Source of the DNA: an uncultured bacterium
GTDB taxonomy: Bacteria; Bacillota_I; Bacilli_A; RFN20; CAG-826
Assembly: GCA_949297305.1 (NCBI GenBank)
Contig: CASFSG010000018.1
Span: forward strand, 4,901 to 68,900
DNA length: 64,000 nucleotides
Reading direction: 5' to 3'
Every line of letters begins with the position of its first letter. The first letter of the stretch is position 1. Of this stretch, positions 8,426 to 16,612 are shown piece after piece. The notes beneath the pieces are model-generated. The model did no database searches. It saw only the letters and a program-made list of their open reading frames with translations, and had not been told where the DNA came from. Both the position numbers and the translations under genes were made by a program.

Positions 8426-10016
8426 TTTAATTAAAAAAGAATTTAAATTAAATCCCTTCTTTTTAATTCCTAATAAAAAGAACTGGTTTTCTTTTATTAT
8501 CTTTTTCATTTTACTAATTGGCTTAATTTTATTAGAATCATTCATTTTTAATACTCTTTATCATCGTTTTGATGAATACGAAAATGGCGCTTTTGCTTTT
8601 AGCAATATTTTCTTAATTATCATCGCTTTTATTTCGTTATTAATTGCCATTTTTTATATTCAAAAAATATATTTTAATCAATTAGATATGTTTTTAATCA
8701 TCAATAAGCCTTTAGATTATGTCAAAATTTTATTATCGAAATTTCTATATGCTTTATTAGTTAATTACTTATCGTCCTTGCTCTTTACTTTGCCACTTTT
8801 TATCCTTTTAGCGACCTATCAAGAGGTTTTTAACTTCTTCACCTTCTTTATTGGTTTATTCTTCCCCTTGTTTTTATCTATCTTTAATCTTGGCCTAGCT
8901 TTAATTTTAGCGGTTCCCATTCAATATGCTTATAAATTCTTAAAGCAATTCCCTTTGTTACAATTATTAGTAGTTGCCATCTTTTTAGGTTTCTTCTGCT
9001 ATGGCTATTCCCTCGTTCTCAATTTGTTTATTGATTTAATTAATAACAATTCTTTAGGTACTTTATTTTCTGTCGATAGTTTAACGCGAATGACTTATCT
9101 TTCGACGCATTTTTATCCTTATTCTTTGCTGACGAATGGCTTTATTCATTATCATTATGGTCTATCCTTTACCGTCTTTTTATTAATCGCTATTAACCTA
9201 ATCTTGTTAGGTCTAATTCTCGTTGGTTTATTTTACCTAAAGCTCAACCAATTTACTTTTGTTTTAAAGCACCATAATAAAAGTCAATATCCCATTTTAA
9301 AAGATACGAAAGCAATCATTAAAAAAGAGTTTATTTTATTATTTAAAGAGAACAATACGACATATTCTTTCACCTCTTTATTAATTTTAGAACCAGTTTT
9401 AACTTATTTAGTAATCAACGCGATTAATGTCGCTCTTTTAAGAGGTAATCTATCAATTTATTTAGGTATTATGCCTTATTTATTAAATAATATCGATTTG
9501 TTAATTGCTCTATTATTTTCTAGCGTCATCTCTTTAAATGCAATCAACATTTATCAAAGTGAAAATAAAGCGATTAGAGTGATGAAATTTATCCCCTATT
9601 CGTTATATAAACATATCTATATTAAATTATTAATTCCTTATTTTGTCAGCGCGATAGCGACTATCATCGCCTTTATTATTTTAGTTTCTACCTCGTTAAT
9701 TGGAGTAGACACTTTCTTGATGGGTCTTTTGTTTGCCTTAGCAATTAATTTTGTTTTGATGGTCTTACTAATGCGCGCGCAATTAAGAAATGATAAATAT
9801 AAAAAGGTTAATAATTCTTTACCTTCTTTTATTTCATTTCTCGTTCCTTTAGCGATGGTGGTAATCAACGTTTTATTAGGTGCTTTTTTAGGCTTAAAAA
9901 ATATTTACACTTATTTAATTGATTTATTCATTATCGCTTTGCCTTTAGGTTATGTTATTTATTATTTAATCAAACGTTTTAAAGATGATGTTTACGCTTT
10001 GGAGGTCATCAATTGA
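8418..10016 (+). CDS. Polytopic membrane protein, putative ABC permease partner (unusually long)
   Basis: Roughly 12 hydrophobic segments, an AAGGAG RBS, and a start that overlaps the ATPase stop. I could not assign a family. Confidence 0.5.
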   Translation: MLSLIKKEFKLNPFFLIPNKKNWFSFIIFFILLIGLILLESFIFNTLYHRFDEYENGAFAFSNIFLIIIAFISLLIAIFYIQKIYFNQLDMFLIINKPLDYVKILLSKFLYALLVNYLSSLLFTLPLFILLATYQEVFNFFTFFIGLFFPLFLSIFNLGLALILAVPIQYAYKFLKQFPLLQLLVVAIFLGFFCYGYSLVLNLFIDLINNNSLGTLFSVDSLTRMTYLSTHFYPYSLLTNGFIHYHYGLSFTVFLLIAINLILLGLILVGLFYLKLNQFTFVLKHHNKSQYPILKDTKAIIKKEFILLFKENNTTYSFTSLLILEPVLTYLVINAINVALLRGNLSIYLGIMPYLLNNIDLLIALLFSSVISLNAINIYQSENKAIRVMKFIPYSLYKHIYIKLLIPYFVSAIATIIAFIILVSTSLIGVDTFLMGLLFALAINFVLMVLLMRAQLRNDKYKKVNNSLPSFISFLVPLAMVVINVLLGAFLGLKNIYTYLIDLFIIALPLGYVIYYLIKRFKDDVYALEVIN

Positions 10017-12466
10017 TGTCAAAAAAAGCCCTGCCTTTATTATTAGCTTTACCATTTGTCATCTCGCTGGTGTCAATTTATGTCATCGACTATAATGTCA
10101 TCCAAGTGAGTGAAGATTTGACTGATATCCGTCTACCATATCAGCAAAACGCTGGATTTTTAATTAATACAAAACACGAATTAAATGCGACCCCACTAGG
10201 CAGTCAAAAGGCTCTTTCTGATTTAGGAAACGCTTTAATTTGGACTAGTAGCAACGAAGATATTGCGACTATTCTTCAAGAAGATGATAAATATTATTTA
10301 GTTGCTAACTTAGAAGGGGAAGCGACAATCAGCGTCTCAAATCTTCGTCAAACTATTTCGCGTTCCTTCAATGCAATTATTTATGATGATGGGGCAATTA
10401 TCATTAACCCTAAGGAAAATTATTCTAATGCGATGATCGATGATGTTCAATATTTTGGTGAATATGATTTTAATGGTGATTATAGTGGATCTATCGATAA
10501 AACATTAGGCTTAGATATCGAGGTTCTTCCTAGCGATTTAACCCCAAGCTTAATCGTCAAAGAAACTAGCATGAATATCGCCTATATGCAAGAGAGCATC
10601 TCCTTTGGTTTAATTCGTAATCCAGTTGAAGAAGCTTACATCACTTTTGCACTTGCCGGTTCAAAAATTGAATCCACCTATGAATTTAAAATCGTTAAAG
10701 ATGGTTATAACATCTATTCTTATAATGATTTGCTCCATGCGACGAATTATTCTATTAGTGGCGAAATTGCTGTTATGCAAGTTAATTTAGAATCATTAGA
10801 AAAAACTTATCAAGTCGATGAAGATGGTCGCTATCTTAACCAATTGCTAAACGAAGATACTTTATTATTTGGAAATTATGATTTCGCACAGAAAAAATTT
10901 AATTTTGCGAAGGAAATTTATCGCTATGAAACGACTTATAACGATAATTTTATTAGCGAATGGAATAAGAAATACCCCGATGAATTAAGCCGAATTGACA
11001 ATCGATTAAATGTGGGTATTCATGTTCAAAAATCATTTTACGGGAACGGTTTTATTATCAACGGGCACAATTTGACTTATCCTAGCGGTCGACAAATCAC
11101 TAGCGAGGGCGAAGCACCTTTATTAATGAAAGATGATTTGTTCCGTGGGCCATTACCTTTTGTCGCTTTAGGTAATCATAACTACTCATCTAATCTCATT
11201 ATCGAGGCTTATGGTCAAGATAATTCCTTAATTTATCTTGATGGTGACAATATTACCATCAACGATTTAAATATTCGCTCGTGCGATTTTGGTGATAATT
11301 TAAACAATTTAAATACGGTTGGGACTTGCATTGATGTTTTAGGTGATAATATCACGATTAAAAATAGTCAAATTCGCAACGCGAAAAATAATTTGCGAGT
11401 TTATTCCTCGAAGAATTTTCTTTTAGATAATTCGCTTTTAACGAACGCACGACAATTTTTATTAGCAATTGGGACGAATGAATTCGCCAAAATTGATCAT
11501 CAAAAAGAAATTAATATTCATTCTTTAGATAACAAGGTGATTAAAACGACGATTGATAATTATTTCGCTCGCGAAGGAATTGCAGATAATCTTCTAATGG
11601 TGATGGCTTCTTATGGTTTGATGGAAAATAATATCACTTATGATAATTTGATGGTTTATCTAAATGAATTAGATAGCTTATTAAACGATCAAGGCTATTT
11701 GGTGGAAGAAGATGGCTCTTTATATCGCTCAAGCGTCAATGTTAACGATACTTATTTTTACCAAAGCGGTATCGCTTCGATATCTTTAGAGACGATGTTT
11801 AATGGCCCATATATTTATAATAATGTTCCATCTTTAATTAATGATTTATTGGGTGGCGGTGGCTTATATCAAATGTTAGATATGCATCATCTTTCAGGTG
11901 TTAATTACCCTAGTGAATTAACTCTAGGTGGCAACACAAAATTTTATGATTATAAAGACATTGAAAATTTAGATGTTTCTTCAATCATTTCACAAAATAT
12001 TGTCAATGTCTTAAAGACTTTGTTTGGGGAAGAATTTGATGAAATGTTTGGAAATGTCGATGAAGTTAATGTCGATAACTTCTTCCCATATCGCTCGATC
12101 ATTAAAGAAAACGCCGATAAATTGAATTTTGCTACTTATGAGTTAGATGAAAATAGTGGTGAATTAAAGATGCATGTCAATACCCCTATCGTCTATTATG
12201 GCGGTGGTTTAAATTTATCAAAAGTGATTGATAATTCTATTTCTAGCAAGTACTTAAGTTCGACTTTTAATGTTGATATCGTCGAATATTCTTTGAATAA
12301 TTTAAGCGGGAATGTTGGCGAGATGTTATTTACCTTGCTCGCTAGATGTGTCCCGATTGCTATTGGCTTTCAGCCTTTTAAAGTGCAAGGCTATTTAGAT
12401 GGATATTTATATGGGGAGACCCCTTCAATAAACGATTTAAAAATAAATGCGGAGGAAAATTTATGA
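10013..12466 (+). CDS. Large secreted/anchored protein with right-handed parallel beta-helix repeats
   Basis: An N-terminal signal anchor (KKALPLLLALPFVISLVSIYVI) is followed by repeated N-I-T-I-x-N/D-S segments (NITINDLNIRSC, NITIKNSQIRNA, LLDNSLLTNA) typical of PbH1 beta-helices. The true start is probably ATG 10016 (GGAGG at 10001), overlapping the upstream TGA. Confidence 0.5.
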   Translation: MMSKKALPLLLALPFVISLVSIYVIDYNVIQVSEDLTDIRLPYQQNAGFLINTKHELNATPLGSQKALSDLGNALIWTSSNEDIATILQEDDKYYLVANLEGEATISVSNLRQTISRSFNAIIYDDGAIIINPKENYSNAMIDDVQYFGEYDFNGDYSGSIDKTLGLDIEVLPSDLTPSLIVKETSMNIAYMQESISFGLIRNPVEEAYITFALAGSKIESTYEFKIVKDGYNIYSYNDLLHATNYSISGEIAVMQVNLESLEKTYQVDEDGRYLNQLLNEDTLLFGNYDFAQKKFNFAKEIYRYETTYNDNFISEWNKKYPDELSRIDNRLNVGIHVQKSFYGNGFIINGHNLTYPSGRQITSEGEAPLLMKDDLFRGPLPFVALGNHNYSSNLIIEAYGQDNSLIYLDGDNITINDLNIRSCDFGDNLNNLNTVGTCIDVLGDNITIKNSQIRNAKNNLRVYSSKNFLLDNSLLTNARQFLLAIGTNEFAKIDHQKEINIHSLDNKVIKTTIDNYFAREGIADNLLMVMASYGLMENNITYDNLMVYLNELDSLLNDQGYLVEEDGSLYRSSVNVNDTYFYQSGIASISLETMFNGPYIYNNVPSLINDLLGGGGLYQMLDMHHLSGVNYPSELTLGGNTKFYDYKDIENLDVSSIISQNIVNVLKTLFGEEFDEMFGNVDEVNVDNFFPYRSIIKENADKLNFATYELDENSGELKMHVNTPIVYYGGGLNLSKVIDNSISSKYLSSTFNVDIVEYSLNNLSGNVGEMLFTLLARCVPIAIGFQPFKVQGYLDGYLYGETPSINDLKINAEENL

Positions 12467-13548
12467 AAAAATTACGAACTTTAATGTTGAGTTTTTTAGC
12501 GTTGTTATCTTTAGGCACTTTATCTTTAACTAGTTGCAGTAGTTTTTTAAAAAGCGATGTTGTCATGATTGATGATATTATCGCTAGTTATGATAGCGAA
12601 GGTAATCTAGTTTTAACAATCACTTTCACCGATGATGCCGAAGAGCCAATTCAAGTGAAAGTTCCGCAAGGTAAAACGGGAAATGGTATTGCCAATATCA
12701 CCCATACACCTAGCGATAATAATTCGACCATTATCACGATTACTTATACTGATAGTTCAATTAGTCCAACGACATTTGAAGTTTTAAATGGTTCTTATAT
12801 TGTTTCAATTACTGAAAATATTGATCCAATTAGCGGCAACAATACAATTGAAGTTACCTTAAGTAATGGAGAAACATTTTCTTTTGTAGTTCCGCGCGGC
12901 GAACCAGGAAAAGATGGCGTGTCAATTACTGATATCACTAGCGAAGTTTTAGAAGATAAATCGACCATCATTACAATTACTTTATCAGAAGGCGATCCTG
13001 TTACAGTAACGATTCCTTCTCCGCTTGATGGTAAAGACGGTCGCGGGATTGATTATATTACGATGACAACTTCTACTGAAGGTGATGAATACATTTTAAC
13101 TATTTATTATGATCAAGGTGATTCGCAATCATTTAGTTTTGATAAACCTAATACTTGGCATAGCGGTAACACCAGCCCGCTTAATTCATTGGGTATCGAT
13201 GGCGACTTTTATTATTGGACGAGCCAATATCGCATTTATCAAAAGATTGCTGGGGAGTGGGTTTTAGTCGCAGATTTAGGTTCAACCCCCGAACTAGAAT
13301 CTTATGTCGTTTCTTTTGATTTAGTTAGCGAAGAAGCGGTGATGAATGGGAATATGGCTTATGAAATACCATATGGTCACTATTTCTATAGTGAAGGTTA
13401 TGATTTGCCGATTCCTTATTTAGCAAATTATAATTTCTTAGGGTGGTATACTTCTAAAGATGATAAACCGACAAGCGGCATCTTTACCGATACGACCCCA
13501 GTCTATCGCAATATGACTTTATACGCGCGTTGGGAGGAAATCATTTAA
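12463..13548 (+). CDS. Lipoprotein with three G-x-x-G-x-D-G collagen-like modules and a C-terminal Listeria-Bacteroides (Flg_new) repeat
   Basis: The lipobox is LTSCSS. The three modules are GKTGNGIANITHT, GEPGKDGVSITDIT and GKDGRGIDYITMT. The C-terminus YNFLGWYTSKDD...TLYARWEE matches the Flg_new repeat. The ATGA start overlaps the upstream stop. Confidence 0.55.
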   Translation: MKKLRTLMLSFLALLSLGTLSLTSCSSFLKSDVVMIDDIIASYDSEGNLVLTITFTDDAEEPIQVKVPQGKTGNGIANITHTPSDNNSTIITITYTDSSISPTTFEVLNGSYIVSITENIDPISGNNTIEVTLSNGETFSFVVPRGEPGKDGVSITDITSEVLEDKSTIITITLSEGDPVTVTIPSPLDGKDGRGIDYITMTTSTEGDEYILTIYYDQGDSQSFSFDKPNTWHSGNTSPLNSLGIDGDFYYWTSQYRIYQKIAGEWVLVADLGSTPELESYVVSFDLVSEEAVMNGNMAYEIPYGHYFYSEGYDLPIPYLANYNFLGWYTSKDDKPTSGIFTDTTPVYRNMTLYARWEEII

Positions 13549-13555
13549 AAAAGCA

Positions 13556-14239
13556 ATGAAATATAAGAAATCGCTTTTTATTGTCGCTACATTCTTTTCA
13601 TCTTTAGCCCTTTTAAGTGCAGGTTTTTCTGCTTTTACAATTATTAATAGCGAAGATGAAATTAGTGGTGAGATCTTAGCGGCGAATGTCTTAGCGGTTA
13701 ATTATGTCACTAGCGGCGACGATATCACTAATGGCATAAAAAGCTTTAAATATAACGAATATGGTTTTGAGCAAGAAACTACCTACAGTAATAAAACCTA
13801 CAAATATTGGTCGAAAACTGAAGACGTTAATTTAGGGTTATATTTTTACGTTAATTGTGCGCGAACATCAACTTTTAATATTTCCTTTAGTGTCAACTTT
13901 AAGCAGAATAACACCTCGTTAAATTTTATTAATTCTTATTATAAAAGTGATGATGGTTATGGTGCTGCTTGTTATGGTGATGGTAGTTTAACTAATTTAA
14001 CTAATAGTCAAAATCTTCTTAATAGCGCGACAACTATTAACGACAACTCATTAACGACAACATTTACCATCAATAATTTAGAACTAAACGCTCATAGTAA
14101 TTACTTTTTTGCTGTCAATTATACTTTTGGTAATTTTGTTAGTAGCGATTATTCGTCAGTAAAAAACTTTCTAGATTCAGGTAACATTTTTACTTTTTCT
14201 ATCAACGCGACAGCGAGTGAACTAGGAGGCAATAGTTAA
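13556..14239 (+). CDS. Secreted protein with a SipW-cognate-like signal peptide
   Basis: The N-terminus MKYKKSLFIVATFFSSLALLSAGFSAFTIINSEDEISGEILAANVLAV resembles the TasA-class signal region. The mature part is Asn/Ser/Thr-rich. Confidence 0.45.
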   Translation: MKYKKSLFIVATFFSSLALLSAGFSAFTIINSEDEISGEILAANVLAVNYVTSGDDITNGIKSFKYNEYGFEQETTYSNKTYKYWSKTEDVNLGLYFYVNCARTSTFNISFSVNFKQNNTSLNFINSYYKSDDGYGAACYGDGSLTNLTNSQNLLNSATTINDNSLTTTFTINNLELNAHSNYFFAVNYTFGNFVSSDYSSVKNFLDSGNIFTFSINATASELGGNS

Positions 14240-14240
14240 A

Positions 14241-16535
14241 ATGAAATATCGCAAGACTGTTGCATCTTTAATCCTTTCCTCACTAGCTTTATCTTTAACA
14301 ATAAGCGGTTTAGGTACATGGGTAGTTTTAACTAACGAACGAACATTTAAACCCAATACTTCAAGCGATAAAGCTGTTTGTTATATCGAATCGACGGGAG
14401 TATATTATAACGATATTGAGCCAGCGATCGCTCGGGCAAATTATTTAGCAAATACTTTAGGCGGCGATCAAAGAATAGTTGTTATTCCTGATTCCATAGT
14501 GACTTTAAACGAATCGATGTCATTAAATGCGAATGTTGATTTATTGTTGCCATATAACACTTATTATGAGACGGATGTCGACCAATCGAGTGGTAATCGC
14601 ATTGAAATTAAAGATGGCACAATGACAGAAATTAGAGAAGAAAATGGCCGTTATATTGCTAAATATCTTTACTCTTATGGAAAGGACACTAGTGGAAATC
14701 CTAAATATCCTTATGATCCAGATAACAAATATAGTTTTGATGAGTTAGATGAATATGACGATTATAAAACAACATTTGCTGATAATTATTCAAACAACCT
14801 TTTATCATCTACTTTAATAATTGACAATAATGTGACTTTAACATTAAAAGAAAACTCACAATTAGTTGTATATGGCCAACTAGGACGCGTTGGTAATAAT
14901 TTAAGCGGTTTCACTAGTGGTTATTATTCACAAGTTATTTTGTTAGAAAACGCAAAAATTAATGTCAATGATGGGGCAATATTAGATTGTCGCGGTTATA
15001 TAAAGGAAGGTTATTCGGCAATTCCTAGTGATAAGAAGGACAACAATGGTAGTCAAATAATTAATCATGGAAAAGTTTATTCGCCATTTGTAATCTATGA
15101 TTATCCTGGTGGTAGTGCGACTATTGCTATTTACGCTGCCAGTCGAGAATGTCCATTTACGATGTATGATATGCCCAATATTCATCCTACGATTAATACA
15201 TATATCGATGGTGAAATTTATGGTATGGTGGATTTATATACTGGTTATGAAAAATTGGGTTTTGCGAATGTAGTTGAAATAACAACATATCCTCAGCATA
15301 ATGCTGCCACACTTTCAATTTTTAGTAGTGATACATCTATTGGACCGCTCTTAGCTATGGAAGACGACATAAGCGAAACAAGTGAGCCTAAAATTATTAG
15401 CAAATATCACCCTAATAAGTATTCAAATTTCAATAATATTTATATTGGAATTAATGAAGATTTGTCCTCTAGCGGCCGTAGTGAAATAAACCAAGATGGT
15501 GGCACTACATCGATAAAAGTTCAAACAAATTCATCGTTTAATTATTTATCTATCGGCTTACCTGTTTTAGGAAAAAATGTTGTTATTAAAACCGAAGGTG
15601 TTTATTTTCCGCTTCCGTGGCAATATGACATTACCTTCGATAATGTGACATTTAATGCTCGCGGTGACATTAAATTAATGCAAGGAAGTAAAGTAAGGTT
15701 TATTAATAACTCGAATGCTTCAATTTCGGAAAAACTTGTTTTATATAAACGATCAAATATTTTTACTGGTTATCCTTGCTCGCAATCTCCTGATGCCGAA
15801 CTTATCTTAAGTGATTCTAATCTAACTATTGCTTCTTCTAGTACATTTGGTGGCATGGTGTCGACAACCGGTGGTTCTTATATTACCGTTTTATCGAATT
15901 CTTTATCAACTAGTACAACTGAAACAAGTTCTGGCAAGCTCGATTCTAGTAAGCTGGGCTTTAATGGACCTACATTCGCGGTAGGAACTTGGTATCTTGG
16001 TTCTAGTTCATCGATTGATGGAATTATTGATGATTTAGGTGCACTTTGCACGATTAGTAATAAAACTGATATAAGCGGAATCGCAGCGCAGACGCGAATA
16101 AATAATGAAAACAATATTCAAAACCTAGTTTCTTTAAAAGAATATCAAAGTGATGCAAACACTGTGTTTTTTAATGAATACGATTTACCAACCATTAGTT
16201 TTAAGATTGTGACAAATAAGGATTTAGGTGAATTTTGGTTTGAAGGATGGAATCTTGTTTACGCTAAGTCGCATTTCACCATTAATGTCTATATTAATGA
16301 AGTTTCTAATACACCGTATTTCACACGATACATCACCGGTGAAGATGGAGTGGAACATGGTTTCACAATAATCGAAGATTCTTATATCGAAATTGTAGGT
16401 GATCAAGACATGGATTCTATTAAATCAATTTCTGGTTTGCCTGGTGTTTCTTATAACAATTTTACAACTGGTAAATTCAAAGTTAGCGATGGAGCTGAAA
16501 TTAAAATTACGGCACAAGTCGGCAATCAACATTAA
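14241..16535 (+). CDS. Large secreted protein with a SipW-cognate-like signal peptide (beta-helix-like, Asn/Ser-rich)
   Basis: The N-terminus MKYRKTVASLILSSLALSLTISGLGTWVVLTNERTF matches TasA-type GGGTWAAFND. A GGAGG RBS is present. It is the last gene before the nadE promoter region. Confidence 0.5.
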   Translation: MKYRKTVASLILSSLALSLTISGLGTWVVLTNERTFKPNTSSDKAVCYIESTGVYYNDIEPAIARANYLANTLGGDQRIVVIPDSIVTLNESMSLNANVDLLLPYNTYYETDVDQSSGNRIEIKDGTMTEIREENGRYIAKYLYSYGKDTSGNPKYPYDPDNKYSFDELDEYDDYKTTFADNYSNNLLSSTLIIDNNVTLTLKENSQLVVYGQLGRVGNNLSGFTSGYYSQVILLENAKINVNDGAILDCRGYIKEGYSAIPSDKKDNNGSQIINHGKVYSPFVIYDYPGGSATIAIYAASRECPFTMYDMPNIHPTINTYIDGEIYGMVDLYTGYEKLGFANVVEITTYPQHNAATLSIFSSDTSIGPLLAMEDDISETSEPKIISKYHPNKYSNFNNIYIGINEDLSSSGRSEINQDGGTTSIKVQTNSSFNYLSIGLPVLGKNVVIKTEGVYFPLPWQYDITFDNVTFNARGDIKLMQGSKVRFINNSNASISEKLVLYKRSNIFTGYPCSQSPDAELILSDSNLTIASSSTFGGMVSTTGGSYITVLSNSLSTSTTETSSGKLDSSKLGFNGPTFAVGTWYLGSSSSIDGIIDDLGALCTISNKTDISGIAAQTRINNENNIQNLVSLKEYQSDANTVFFNEYDLPTISFKIVTNKDLGEFWFEGWNLVYAKSHFTINVYINEVSNTPYFTRYITGEDGVEHGFTIIEDSYIEIVGDQDMDSIKSISGLPGVSYNNFTTGKFKVSDGAEIKITAQVGNQH

Positions 16536-16612
16536 ACTAAGTTGCTTATATTAAAAAATATTTAATCGTCTTTTACATAAATATGTATATAATTATGTAG
16601 GAGGCTTTTATT

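Noticed and set aside
16572-16593. Promoter for nadE (TTTACA ... TATAAT)
   Set aside because: Only about 10 nt separate the candidate -35 and -10 elements. A -10/extended -10 element may be real, but I cannot define a complete promoter.
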